Shown: positions 1 to 13,008, numbered from the whole stretch's first letter. The stretch: DNA of 63,972 bases, filler included, from Choristocarpus tenellus KU-1152 (GCA_964200185.2; 9 parts of 9 records of this genome joined end to end with filler, not necessarily neighbours in it), one strand, 5' to 3'. Made by a program: numbers and translations. Notes: generated by a model from the sequence alone, not told the origin.

Positions 1-125
1 ATCGCGATTTTTGGGTGATTTGGTTGCCATACGTAGGATGGATAAGGCAAACGCACTTTTCCCGATTTTGGTCCAAATCGACACCCTCATGTAGACCCCC
101 CCCACCCCCCCAGATACTTTGGGTC
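1..125 (-). mobile_element. MITE subfamily B, partial (G/C-tract TIR), inserted into a subfamily A copy
   Basis: Ends ...GTAGACCCCCCCCACCCCCCCAGATACTTTGGGTC. The internal sequence is the reverse complement of the copies at 5598-5779 and 48712-48891. Confidence 0.8.
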
Positions 126-319
126 TGATGTAATTTTGGCTATCGTGTCCGCTAGGAAGTGTCAATATCCTTGTTCCGGATACACCTTTTCATAATGTGT
201 ACACTTTACCTACTCCGAAAAAAATTGGAGTAGGAAAATGTCATAAAAAAAACCATGGGAAGTCAAGCCCCATACGGACAAAAAGGGCAAAACTCGTACC
301 CTCTAAGATACTTTCACTC
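126..319 (-). mobile_element. MITE subfamily A, partial
   Basis: Reverse complement of the ~260-bp element at 7767-8026. Ends TACCCTCTAAGATACTTTCACTC. Confidence 0.85.
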
Positions 320-624
320 ATACATTTTCTTTCTTGATAATCATATAAAGCAATCTGTACCTACCCACCCATTACTTACTCATCCACGTGTGCAATGGTA
401 ATAGTACAGCCAACAAATCACAACGCACTGCCTCAAGAAGGACACACCTTGAACTCCAGCTCCCAAACACATCTTCTAGTAAACACAAGATACATTTTGT
501 GTATATATGCCCAGATCCCCTCCCATACTCATCCTTATGCCGACCACCCTTCTCTCCTCTGTCTTTCAAGCCTCCTTCTGCCTACACTGATCCACCTTCT
601 TCACACCTTCCATGGCTCGCATAG

Positions 625-1160
625 GCGAGAGAACCAGTTGGTGGAAGTCAAAGTCCTGTTTTTGAACATGAGAAAGTTGTGGGACAATTCAGTGTATATG
701 GAGACAAGTCTCGTCTAGCTCTTTGTGCCAAACGAGAACATCTCCAGGGCGGGACCCTGGACTCTTAAGAGGCAAGAGGAGCGCAGGATAGAGACTTCTG
801 ATCTCAGAGGACTGAGAAATCGTAGCCAGGGGGGAAGAGGGCCCAGGAGAAGGGGGGTTAGATACTTTGGAGTCTGGGGACAGTTGCACTTGACAACCTA
901 GGCAGCATGGTGCACTTGATGCTAAGTTTGCTAAGTGAAACTAGCCCCACATCCCACCATCCATCCCCCCCCCTCTCGCCCTCTCGGCATCCCTTGGTAT
1001 TGCCCTGGAAGATTCCTTGTTTGGCACAAGGAGGTGGAGGAGGCCTGCCTACGTGCACGGAATTTTCCCAAACGTCCTGGCATTCGAAACAGGGCTTGGC
1101 CTTCAGAATTGGCCCTCTCACCTACTTGAGCCAGGGAAGCTATGGGATTGTATCAAGCAA
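625..1160. mobile_element. Two degenerate, inversely oriented remnants of one retroelement-like sequence (possible LINE ORF1 zinc-knuckle region)
   Basis: ~625-760 (+) reads LWDNSVYM..LCAKREHLQG. ~995-1120 (-) reads PCFECQDVWENSVHV..PCAKQGIFQG. Both are frameshifted. The family assignment is inference. Confidence 0.35.
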
Positions 1161-4100
1161 ATATTGGAAGAGGTTCCTGCAAGTCCCATTATTTTTTTGA
1201 ATGTGCGATTTGGTGCTGTGCTCTGGTATCGGGTAGGAGGATTACAGAGGAAGGTGGAGGAGGAACCTGAGAGAGAAGCTGTGCCATTTCCGCTGCATGA
1301 AGAGCATCTTTCTCCTCGTGGCATATCCTTGGCACCTTCAACTTCCTGTGCTCGGCAAGGTTGAACCTGAACGGCAGGAGTAGCAGGTTAAGTGAGGACA
1401 AAGGGATGGATTGCTTACAAGGTAATTCATCCTTTGTCATAGATGAGTATGAACGATGTGGGGGTGGTACTTAAGGTTGCGTTGGTTGATGCAGGGTTTG
1501 AGGTTGATATTTCATTTGGAGTTGCACTTGTTGTGAGAGTATAGAGTGTTACTTAACTCGGCAGTAGTACTGAAGTTAATACATGAGAAGACAGGAAATA
1601 AAAATGCAACTCACAAGAAATGCTCTGTCAAGTGTATTATTTTACTATTGTTATCATGCATCACATCAGTATGAGGGATCCCAGACCCATGGTCAAACAG
1701 GCAGTCCAGAGAAGGCAATAAACACTGTTTGAAAAGGGACAATCAGGACTATAAAAGAAAAACAAGGAATTCTACCCCGATCACGTATATTTCAAATGTA
1801 AAGGCTGTTTCACCCCTGCTAACCGACGTACAAAGCTCGTCAGATCTAGGTCGGCTGTCGATGGTATTTTTTTCTACTTGAGAGACTACCTTGTACCAAG
1901 GTCACTGATCATCCAAGTTCTCGATTTTCATCCCCCACAACTGTTACCGGATGCTAGAAATGAAAAGAAAACCAATTGCCCTTCAAATAACTCTATGCTG
2001 GGTACAAACTTGAAAGTCGTGTATCTCTTTCCAACATTTGTGATACACTGGAACGTTCGGATCGTAGATTGCAATTGAAATTATGTTAAGAGTTTTTGGC
2101 GTAATGCTTGATGTAATGATTCTAAAGAAGTATGTCTATCTATAGAGCAATCAGTACAAGGTAGGTTGGGGTATACACCAAGGCTATACACAAACTTCTA
2201 GCCTACATTCGACTCCCTGCATCATACCATCCAACAGTATGGAAATCTACATTGTGAACAACTTGCAGCACCACTTGAATCATGCCTTTCATTGAAGCGA
2301 CACACACTCCTACGTTACATAGACACCCACCACCAAGGAGGACGAAAATAACCAGAATGGCAATGAAAGAATATGGTTCTGTTAACATAAATATTGTGTG
2401 TATGTTTCACTACAGTTATCATTGTACTCCACAGTACTTCAAAATAATACACCGTGCTTCAGCTGTTGATCCGTATAATACTATCTTAACTATTTCCCTT
2501 TGATCAAGTCCGATCCATGGTCGCAAGGTACCTCTCCCACTGTCAAATCCTTGTGAGTTGCTCCCCTCAAATTGAGTCAGTCCATCACCCCACTCCCTTC
2601 TCTACGTCCCACTTGTTGGTTTCATGTATAAATAATGAGAGTTGTTAGTTGTGCCTTGCTTCTATAACACATTTTTTCTACATCACCTGGGTCTTTTAAG
2701 TCTACTTTCCGTTCTGGACTCTGATTGGGGACATAATTTTTGGTTCCTGTATTAGTTACCTCGTGGTAGAAAACAATGGCAGAGGTCTCTGCTCCTTCAT
2801 GTTTGACAAACAATATTCAATTCCAGGATGTGGTTGGTTAACAACTTGTTGGTATGTTTGTATGTGTGTGCACATGAGCATAAGGTAGAGAGTCAGTATT
2901 CCCTTTTTGTTGCAGACAAAAGGAGAAACACATATTTGAGTACTTCAAAGCAAGATATATAAATATATATATGAATATACTATTATTAGCACATTTTCAA
3001 CATGTAGGCATACAATACTCCTCAGCAGCACAAATTAAAAGACTATTGTACTATGAATGGGGGCATGAACACCCGTACACAATCCATCCATCCATACTTT
3101 AGACAAGAACAAAATGAGGGGCGAGTTCGTGGACAAAAAAAAAGAACAAGCACAAGTGTTCTACTGCACAGTCTCATAGAGATTGCCAGTACAGAGGCCA
3201 TGAAGTCTCACTCCCTCACCCAGTGTACTTGAGGAGCACACACAAATCGCAAGAAAACCATAGACATAATCTCACGTCCAGCCTCCCACAACTAGTACCC
3301 CATGGGCTTCGCATCATGAACTGACTGGAGTATTCTTGAAGGAGTCACACGGTCCAGAGTACTCCGTAATTCACTCACACGCCTGACAGATAGGGCACCT
3401 CAGCCACACCCCACAGCAACCGATATGAAACCTCCCAACATGTACACATGGCACTCACTACTATAGTGGTCAACCTGCATGCAGCCACAACCTTGTTCCA
3501 ACCAAAATTGCACTGCACCCATAGGAGGCAATGGCGGTAGTGTTGGCGGCAATGAGCAAAACGATTTTACAATGCAGAACCAAACACCCACACATACTCA
3601 CTCACATGAAACACAAAAAGGAAAAATCACTCAAGGCACTGACGCACACTATCACCTGCTTAATAATTGATTTGCACCTGCTTGTAACTGCTGTGACAAC
3701 AAAGATCAAACAGAAGTGACCATTGCTTTGAGTCTGGACAACAACATGCCAACACATAAATCACATCACGACTGCCACAAGCGGTCCATCTGAAGCAAAA
3801 TTCATCCAGCTAATGGCAATATTACCTTCAAAAAGGATCGTGTACATGGACAGACCAACTAGCTCAAATTGGGCATGGTAAGAAGAAGCTTAACTCGGAA
3901 TATAATCAGACACTGCACTAGCGTAAGCATATGGGACACAGCAATGCCCAAACTAACCCAAATCAATTGCCCCCCTTTGCTGTCAAGAACAGTAACACAA
4001 CAAAAGCACAACGCCAAAAGGGCACCATCTGCATTGACTAAAGCCAATCCACCACACAATCATAGATGACAACTCCATACAGGGTCCTTGCAATAATCCA

Positions 4101-5485
4101 AAAAAGAAACCTCTACCGTCTGAGCCTGCCAAAGACAGACAGGCCCTGCACTGCTCTTCCTCTCCTCCATCATACGCATTATTACAATATGTAGGAAAAC
4201 TCAAGTCCTGCTCAAAATTCGAAACGCAGCATATCCTCCTTCTTCTCACCCCCCCCCCCCATCCAGACAACACAACAAGACAATAGCACTCCTTCTCTCT
4301 TTTTTTCAATGATAATTGTCGGAATATTTCTAAGTACCAATGCACAAACAAACAACTCCTCTCCATAGAAATAGCATGTACTTGAATAAAAATCACTCCA
4401 TCTGCACGAAATCATAATCCCTACACAACACACACTCCCCCCTACAACATTCCCTCTGCCAAACCACACCACGTCGAACCACACAATAAAATGCCACACC
4501 AGACAAGTCAAACCATCCCACTACACAGCAACTGTGGAATATTGGCACACAAACACCATAATCCCTATCAACTATGGAGGACGGAAGACACTCTTGCAAC
4601 CCTCAAAAAGCACCTGTTTTATTTTTCAAATACGTTCTGAACTGTACTGTTGTCAACCCAGCAAGACACTCTCCTCTTCCTCCACCCCAACCTCAGTCAC
4701 ATCCCTCCCCCGCTATATTGTATATTTACTCAACCTCCATGTCCTCAGCAGACAGACCAGGGAGCAAACGCTAGCACACATGCAACAGTGTCCTCAACCT
4801 TCCCACCCAGCGGCATCAGTGCCACTCACAAATTTCCATCATCAGGAACATGATCGTTCATCTCCTCTGGCCCTCCTTCTCCCCCTCGCCCTCCAGCCCG
4901 ATCTTCCCCATCACTCCCTTTACTTCTCTCAGTCTCACTGTAATCACCCAGAGCCAAGGATGCCAGGACACATGCGGTGGACTCCACAGACTCCTCACCG
5001 GCCTCCTCTTCCCCCCTTGCCTCCCCATCTACCCTTCCCCTGACTACCATTGCAGCGTCACTTCCCTGACCAGATCTTACACTGCCAGTTTCTCCATACC
5101 TGAGGTCACTAGCGATACTGTAGCAGTGGTTGCTGTTGTTGTCCGTGGCGTTGCTCTGCCGCAAAATTTTGGAGACACTGTTATTATTCAAGGAGTTGTC
5201 AGAAGACACACAGCATACTATGTAGTATGTATACATGTACTCTGTACATGTCATGGGGATGGTGGAAGGAGTTGGCGGGAAGACTGGTTTTTTTGGTGGA
5301 GGTGATGGCGGTGGCGGTGGCGGTGGTGGCGGTGGTGGTAGTGGTGATGGTGGGTGGATGTGTTGATGGGGGAAGGTCGGGGAGGTGGACGGATGGATGC
5401 GTTGATGGGGGAGGGAGGGATGGGAGGGGTCGGGGGGGGGGTTGTAAAAAAAAAAACAATGAATCAACTAGGTGGAAGGAAAGGA

Positions 5486-5585
5486 NNNNNNNNNNNNNNN
5501 NNNNNNNNNNNNNNNNNNNNNNNNNNNNNTTAATTAATTAANNNNNNNNNNNNNNNNNNNNNNNNNNNNNNNNNNNNNNNNNNNN
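5486..5585. other. Artificial contig linker (N44-TTAATTAATTAA-N44)
   Basis: Identical 100-bp spacer with stops in all six frames, present 8 times in the window. Confidence 0.98.
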
Positions 5586-5597
5586 CTTGTAGCATTT

Positions 5598-5779
5598 GGC
5601 TCAAAGTGTCTGGGGGAGGGGGGGGGATCTACACCAGGGTGTCTATTCAGGCCCCGACCAACAAAAGTGCACTTATATTCTCCATCCAACGCATGCAACC
5701 AAATCACCCAAAAATCGCGACATGGAAAAATGGACTCCAAATGGACAGCCGCCACCCCCCCTCCCAGATACTTCAAGAC
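5598..5779 (+). mobile_element. MITE subfamily B, full length
   Basis: GGCTCAAAGTGTCTGGGGG...CCCAGATACTTCAAGAC imperfect TIRs. Flanks are ATTT/TTTT. Matches 48712-48891. Confidence 0.8.
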
Positions 5780-6148
5780 TTTTTTATTTTTTCAACATTT
5801 TAACTATTTGCCCATTATTACTACAAAGTAGGGTGTTATTGCTGGTGGGATGCAGACGTTGGTGCCAATTCATAACAAAAAAATAAGCTCCAAGAGCGGC
5901 GAGTAGAGTTCAGCAATGTCATGCCAGGGTGGTTGTAGTGTCAGAGGTGGTCATGGTGATCTTGCAATAGAAGTGGAATCAATATTGATTTTCTACTAAT
6001 GGTGGCAAGAATCTTGACTGACAGCTAGCATAGTTAGATGACTATCGGAGGGTATTCTTAATCAGCATGTTGCGGAATGGCACTCATGAGACGTGCTCCT
6101 CATCTTCAATCTCTCTCTCTCTTTCCCTCTCTCTTTCCACCTCTTCAG

Positions 6149-8803
6149 AAGCACTCCAAGACCTTGCAGGATGTTGTAGAGCAGCTCAGTGCAAACAAGG
6201 CCGACCGTCGGGAGCTGCTTGAATTGAAACACTTCATGGTCTCCCTCAATGTACGTGGAACTTTTTTCTTTCTTTCTGACTCTCGCAATTGCACTGAGTT
6301 CAGAGAGTTTCGGGAGTTAACAATGGCTGAAGGAAGAGAAAAAAATGATCTCAAGGATGAAACGGCACTTCTTGGTTTGATGCTGGTGCAACTGAAGTGC
6401 CCGTGTTCCTTCCTGCCATCCAGCAATTGAAGGCCAATCTAAACTTGAAAGCAGGCCACCACGTTTCCTGGGGTCAACTGTCGAGGAGAAGCTCTGGCCC
6501 GCTCGCCATAGTATCTTGGATAGATGGAAAAGTAATTTATCAATCAAGCCAATCAAAACCTAGAGAGTCTCCCTAAGTTTGAACATATCCTGACACCATT
6601 ATAATCGCACTGTCTCCTTTGCTCCCACAACCCGCCCCTCCTATCTGACCACTGTTCTTGGCTTTGGTGAATGATCAGGAGAGGCGCGGAAGCACAGAAA
6701 GAAAACTGTCTACTTCAAGTCAGAGTGGTAACTCGGGTTCAGGGGGACTCATGGCCCCAGTAACACGGGATGAGATGTTTAACCTTCTCGAGGAAAAAGC
6801 TGACCGGAAGGACCTGGAAAAGAGAATGGCAGCCATGGTTCACAGGTAAGGTTAAGAAGGCCCAGTAGTTGGGGGGAAGGAGAGAGGCGGTCAAGGGAGG
6901 CTGTGGAAAACGGAGGAGGTGATAGAAAACTGCAGGATGTGGAATAGGTGGGGCTGCAGTGAATAAATCATTTGTATGTCACCGTGTTATTAGTGAGGTG
7001 GGGTGCTAGGAAGGCATATCGGATGAGGATGACACAAGGGTCATTGGGTAGCAGAGAAGGGAATGGAACTTAGGAACAATTTATGGCGGATCTTCCCTCA
7101 ACAATACCCCCTTGCATCACAGTGACTGGACCATATTGAGTCTCCAAATAACCTATCACTTACTCGCAATGCCGAGTAGTTTACTCTTTCAACCGAACAC
7201 AAAATTTGGGCGCATCCCAAAGTTTCTTCGCAGTTCAAACAAGACCAAGAAGGGAAAGGGGGAGTAACTGTGTAATCCAATATATAGCCGAGTGTATAAT
7301 CCCTACCTCTCCTCCTTGTAAAAGCCACACCTCAACCCCTACCGTTCTGGGTGTGCTTAGGGGCACATGGGGTCAGAACCACGTAGAAAATTCCACTTCC
7401 AATCATACATATATATTATGGAGTACATACTTAAACACGACAAGATTTCGAGGTCTAACTCTTGTGGACCCCATTAGGTTGAATCAGGCTGCTCTCCGCA
7501 GGGGAAGTTTTGGTGCTACACCAGACTCAGGAAACTCAACTCAAGGCGGCCCTGCTGGCCCCAACGGCTTTGGTGGAACTCCGGCTCATCGGGGCTCAAG
7601 TTGCAGGAGTGGGCCTCTAAGTAATAATGAGGCAGAAGGTCAGGGTGCCAGAAGAAGGGGATAACGGTTATTGAACCATAACGTACAGCCCTCAGTAGGA
7701 ATTTTCTTCCCTGGTAGTTCCTGTCCCAATTAGATCTCTTCAGGCGAAAAGTTGGAAGTGCTAGAAGAGTGAAAGTATCTTAGAGGGTACAGGTTTTTCT
7801 CTGTTTGTCCATTTGGGGCTTGGCTTCACACAGGAGGTTTCATGGCGTTTTACCTATTCCGAATTGTTTCAGAGTAGGTAAAATGTACACGTTATGAAAA
7901 GGTGTATCCGGAACAAGGATATTGACACTTCCTAACAAACACGACAGTCAAAATTACTTCAAAATTGCAACATTGAGTTTTGGCCCCCAAACGGACGTGA
8001 CTATACCCTCTAAGGTACTTTGACTCATAAGGATGGCAGGTCCTTTTTTAATGATAAGAGACGAGTGACAACATGCAAGGGCTAGGCTTAGGCTTAGGCT
8101 TAGGGTTAGGGTTAGGGTTTGCCATTTTGACCAAAACAATTCAGTTACGTATCTAATTTGGCGCGCTTTGAAATAGATTCTAGAAGCACAATTATACTCA
8201 TATTGCTTACATATTTATTCTGCGTACTTTGAAGTAGTACATATCTTCACTCATACCGTAAATTCTGATCATTTTTTTTTCCCCAACATGGCCGTGTGTA
8301 AACCACTGAAGATTCAATTTCAAAGTTGTGTCGTGCTCACTTCCTACATTGCTGTCAATGCCCTCCAGAGTTTTTTCATGAACTAAGAAGGGGAGAGGCC
8401 AATGATGCGCCTGATCTTACTCTCAGTAGAGCTGCTGCTAGTTATATCTGCCTCATATTTCAAAGCACGCACTGAATTATGAAGTGTGTAGGAGTGGCAA
8501 CAGGGTGGTGAGCTTTAATTGTTACTTACAAAAGCAGAAACTTCATGCAGCAGTCAACAGTGCGTGAATGTGCCTGTATTACAAGTGCAGTACTGATCGG
8601 TTTTGGCATTCTGTGTACTCTACCCATGTAGCATGTCCACAACATTGATGCATTTGCTCCACCTCCCTTCCTTGATGGCAGAGTGGGACATGTGGGAACC
8701 ACAGCCTGATGGTGCACTGGGCGTGACAAAGCAACTCACTGATGGCATGGGACAGCCAATACATCCAGATGGGATGTCCATAGGTACCTGTCTGTCTTGC
8801 AAG
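6149..8803 (+). CDS. Internal fragment of a KAD-repeat coiled-coil protein with a CxSC motif (DUF4795/QRICH2-C16orf96-like); exons 6149-6250, 6679-6845, 7478-7638, 8682-8803
   Basis: Four exons with GT-AG boundaries and matching phases (0,2,1): ..LSANKADRRELLE..LEEKADRKDLEKR..RLNQAALRRG..EWDMWE..GMSIGTCLSCK. The family call is from motif resemblance only. Confidence 0.7.
7767..8026 (+). mobile_element. MITE subfamily A, full length (intronic)
   Basis: TIRs GAGTGAAAGTATCTTAGAGGGTA / TACCCTCTAAGGTACTTTGACTC. Flanks are AGAA/ATAA. Confidence 0.9.
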
Positions 8804-8899
8804 GTGAGCATTGATTGACTGGCCTTGGAGCAGAGAATGACTTCGCAGTGGAACATATCACCCACCCCCAGTTCCCTTTTCATGGTTTCCTTTTTGTCG

Positions 8900-9165
8900 G
8901 AGTTAAAGTAAACGAGAGGTACCCAGAGTCACCGTTTAATGGTAATTACAAATATGTGCATAATTCGATTTTTTTTTGCCAACGCATCTAGAAATTTTAT
9001 TTTTTTGTCAAAAAGTGTCAAACACGGGGAAAATAAACACTCTCAAGCCAAACTTACAACTTAATCTATAGAGATATGAGTGAATTGCAAAAGATGGCCA
9101 TTTGCAAGACGGACTTGAAACACATAACCACCAAAAACCTGGGTACCTCTCTTTGACTTTGACTC
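8900..9165. mobile_element. MITE subfamily E (27-bp TIR)
   Basis: GAGTTAAAGTAAACGAGAGGTACCCAG ... CTGGGTACCTCTCTTTGACTTTGACTC around an AT-rich non-coding interior. Terminus is related to subfamily A. No clean TSD. Confidence 0.7.
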
Positions 9166-9199
9166 ACACTTTCCCTTCTCACTGCTGTATTCATATTGA

Positions 9200-9220
9200 G
9201 GCTCAGAGAATCTGGGGGGG
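9200..9220 (+). mobile_element. MITE B/C terminus truncated by contig end
   Basis: GGCTCAGAGAATCTGGGGGGG directly before the linker. Confidence 0.5.
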
Positions 9221-9320
9221 NNNNNNNNNNNNNNNNNNNNNNNNNNNNNNNNNNNNNNNNNNNNTTAATTAATTAANNNNNNNNNNNNNNNNNNNNNNNN
9301 NNNNNNNNNNNNNNNNNNNN
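9221..9320. other. Artificial contig linker
   Basis: N44-TTAATTAATTAA-N44. Confidence 0.98.
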
Positions 9321-9367
9321 GGACACCTTGGTGTAGCCCCCCCCCCCCCTCCCAGATACTTGGGGTC
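9321..9367 (-). mobile_element. MITE subfamily B terminus
   Basis: GGACACCTTGGTGTAG-polyC-CAGATACTTGGGGTC. Confidence 0.75.
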
Positions 9368-9902
9368 TTCAAAGTAGAAATTTGGTATTTTCTGTCGGTT
9401 GGCAAAGCCATCAAATTCTAAAGTGAGGTTATCGCGTTTTTTTTACTAAGCTACGCGCGCGTGTTGATACCAACGCGCGAGTTAAATCGAGATAGCGTTG
9501 CAACGTGATACGAACCTTATCGGAAACGTTCCAATTGTATTGGAGCCCTAACATGTGTGTATCGATGGTGTCACCACGTCACATTCGACAGACGGATGCT
9601 GTGGTGCGTGGAATTGGATCGTGGAATCTTAGCTTTATTCGGATCAGTTGTCTGATTACTCTCAACATATGTCACTGCAACCCATGTTCCAATTTCGGAA
9701 AAGGTTCGGCTGAATTCGCTGGAATTAATTCTGAAAATAGCCGCTGCATTGCAACTACGTCAACATGTTAGATGTAAGGTGAATTCTGTCTCTTCGCAGA
9801 TTGGGTTGAGTGTTCGAGATGTAGGTAATTAATGTTGGTTAGGGTTAGGGTTAGGATCATGGGTGTTGCCTTCAGGGCTTACACATTGTCAGCGACTAGG
9901 GT

Positions 9903-10842
9903 TGCAGAAGACGGTTTATGAACGGTTTCGATCAAACAAATTATAGATGCTGGAGTAGTCATTTTGGTGATAACACTATTGACAGCTGGTGTGTACACGG
10001 TTGTAATGGTGATACGTACAGGGGCATCTCCTTTGAAAATGTTGGCGATACCACCACTGACAGCTGGTGTGTACACGGTTCTAATGGTGATAAATACAGG
10101 GACATCGAATTTGAAAATGCTTGTGATAATACGGCTGACAGCTGGTGTGTACACAGTTCTAATGGTAAAAAATACTGGGCATCGAATTCCAAAATGTTGT
10201 TAATACCACTGCTAACAGCTGGTGTGTACACGGTTCTAATGGTAAGAAATACAGGGCATCGAATTTGAAATTGTTGTTGATACCACTATCGACATCTGGT
10301 GTGCACACGGTTCTAATGGTGAGAAATACAGGGGCATCGAATTTCAAAATGTTTGTGATACCACTGCTAACAGCTGGTGCGTACAAGGTTCTAATGGTAA
10401 GAAATACGGGGGCATCGAATTTGAAATTGTTGGTGATACCACCGCTGACAGCTAGTATGTACACGGTTCTAATGGTAAGAAATACAGAGCATCGAATTTG
10501 AAAATTGTCAGCGATAGCACCGCTGACAGCTGGTGTGTACATGGTTTTATTGGTGAGAAATACAGGGGCATCGAATTTCAAAATGTTTGTGATACCACTA
10601 TCGACAGCTGGTATGTACACGGTTCTAATGGTGATAGTTACAGGGGCATCGGATTTCAAAATGTTGGTGTGACCACTATTGACAGCCGGTGTGTGCACGG
10701 TTCTAATGGTGATAAATACAGGGCCTCGGATTTGAAATTGTTGGTGATACCACTACTGACAGGTGGTGTGTACACGATTCTAATGGTAATAATACAGGGC
10801 ATCGGATTTGAAAACGTTGGTGACATCACTGTTGACAGCTGC
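9903..10842 (+). repeat. 78-bp tandem array (~11.5 units); reads as a decayed 26-aa repeat
   Basis: Unit starts at 9981, 10059, 10137, 10214, 10291, 10369, 10447, 10525, 10603, 10681, 10758 and 10834. One frame reads DSWCVHGSNGDKYRGIEFENVGDTTI. Units of 76-77 bp break the frame. Confidence 0.95.
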
Positions 10843-12637
10843 TTACTTAGTACAAGCTCCAAATGCAAATGAACACATAAACATGTGTAGAAACGTGGTT
10901 TATGCAAAAGAGAACTACTCAATAGAGTATTTTGCTTTGTGTGGTATGGATATGCTTATTAGCGGAGTGCGCACTGCCCTCGGTGATGGGGGGTGGGTAC
11001 TCTCTATTATTATCTTATTGTTCTTTATATTATCAGCTGACACATCGGCTGACACATCAAAACATGCCCTGCCGTTACATCATACTATGTCACTTATCCT
11101 ATGCATCTAGTACTATGCTATATCAGAACTCCTCGATCAGTCCAATTATATCAAGTAATAAGAAATCGATCATCTGAGATTCGCAGTTACTACTTTACGC
11201 ACACGAACACAAGTCAATGACACTTGTTCCACTCAGCCAACATTCCTCTTGTCTAGCAGTGTTCACTAAATACCTATAAACCATATCAGCCTATATTGCA
11301 CATGGTTGTGTTCACCACCGAGAAAAGCGCAATGAGGGGTGGATACGTTGGAAACTCTTCAACACCGCACAGGTCGCCCATCTTGGCCTAACGTGAGCAT
11401 TTTCTCACTGGATTTCAAACCGCCATGATATGGAGGCCTCTTAGTGTACACCAAAAACATTGTCGCCAGTGACGACAGACCCATGCTATATCCGGCAGGA
11501 TGGACAGACCGGCGTGCGTAGGGGTTATGCCGATTTTGACACGAAGTTGCTTTCATTCAGAATTGTATCTTGAGGTGGCAACATAGCAGTGGTGGTCGAA
11601 ATCGGTATGGTCGTAGACCTGAAACCTTTCTACATAATGCGATGGGGTCTCAATCGCTACCACTTTGTACAGTATTGTGCGAGAGGGAATATAATTTGGA
11701 GCGTGTATGTGTCGTGTCTGTTTGTACAGGCGATCTCGTGAGAATCGATATAGCATGGTGGACAGCAAAGCCGTCTACCTAACTCGAATTTGGGCTATAC
11801 ATAAAGAAAGCAATAACGCGATAGTTGCTAATACGAGGGGCATGTTCGTGCTTTAACCAAAGCCGGGTACAAGAGATATTGGAACTCTTTTTTGAGAAGA
11901 ACGCGTACATGGAAATTAGCGGGATACCTTACACATCATGAACGGCCGGTTGTCAAGGAAGGCTCGACCCCGGATGGGCGTGTTGGGTACGACACGCTAT
12001 GAGACAATGGTTGGGTTAGGGGCCATGACTACGGGGTCGTACAACCGCTTGGGTACATGATGATGTCAACCACATGCTAATACATGCGATGTGAACGGAT
12101 GAAAGCCGCAACATCCCCCAAAGGCGCTAAATCATGATGGTGTTTGCGATATTGGCCATTCAGAAACACTCCCGAGTGAGCTGCACAAAGGGTGCACGTT
12201 TCTGGTAGGAGGACTCACCTTCTGGTTCCCTTTGGAGGCATGACGGCGTTCGGTGGTTGGACTAAGCCTCTCCTTTGATCACGTGATGCCTGCACCGGGT
12301 GGGCACATTGCAAATGAGACACGGGAAACCAACAGAAGGAGAGAGAGAAAATGTTTTGCACATCGAGTCAGGTCCAGAGAGGATGGCATGTCGCGGTGGG
12401 GTTACATCATCCTCGAGCCATGCCTACCTGATCACCTTACACGAAGAAGATGTTCGTAGATAGTGCTGCTGATACACTATAGACACCACTGGTGGATTAT
12501 ATGATAGGGTAGAGAGTCAGTGACAGGTATATTGTATGTACTGACTCATAGTGTTGATTGGATTTCAGTGATAGGTCAATTGTTTAGTACTACTTTTCCC
12601 AAAGATTCACTTTAGGCGTGACACTAGGGATATTTCC

Positions 12638-12724
12638 AGGATCGTGGGAGACGCTTGATGTATTGCTAAGGACCCTGCCATTTCATGGATTGTGGGAGAC
12701 GCAATGGGACATCGCTAAGGACCC
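12638..12724. repeat. Two-copy imperfect direct repeat near contig end
   Basis: GGATCGTGGGAGACGC..TTGCTAAGGACCC and GGATTGTGGGAGACGC..TCGCTAAGGACCC. Confidence 0.6.
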
Positions 12725-12741
12725 ACAGTAGAAAACACCCC

Positions 12742-12841
12742 NNNNNNNNNNNNNNNNNNNNNNNNNNNNNNNNNNNNNNNNNNNNTTAATTAATTAANNN
12801 NNNNNNNNNNNNNNNNNNNNNNNNNNNNNNNNNNNNNNNNN
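12742..12841. other. Artificial contig linker
   Basis: N44-TTAATTAATTAA-N44. Confidence 0.98.
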
Positions 12842-13008
12842 TGTGGGGGGGGGGGGGTTTGTGAGGGGGCGTCCGTTTCAGTCAAACAACTCTTCTTTTT
12901 GCTGACATTTCAAATCCGACATGTGCGACCAAATCACACCCAAAAAGGGAAACTCGAAAAAAGGGTGAAAAACGGACGCCAACACCCCCCTCCCAGATAC
13001 TTTGACCC
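12842..13008 (+). mobile_element. MITE subfamily C, nearly full length
   Basis: polyG...AAAACGGACGCC-polyC-CAGATACTTTGACCC. Reverse-complement homolog at 57854-58033. Confidence 0.8.

Noticed and set aside
4826-5467. 213-aa proline-rich ORF
   Set aside because: It is largely a GGT/GGC microsatellite and G-rich low complexity. The acidic portion (~4720-5200) may be an exon remnant but contains stops and has no recognisable homology.
9903-10842. 78-bp array as a CRISPR array
   Set aside because: The whole unit is repeated with no unique spacers, no cas genes are present, and the context is eukaryotic.
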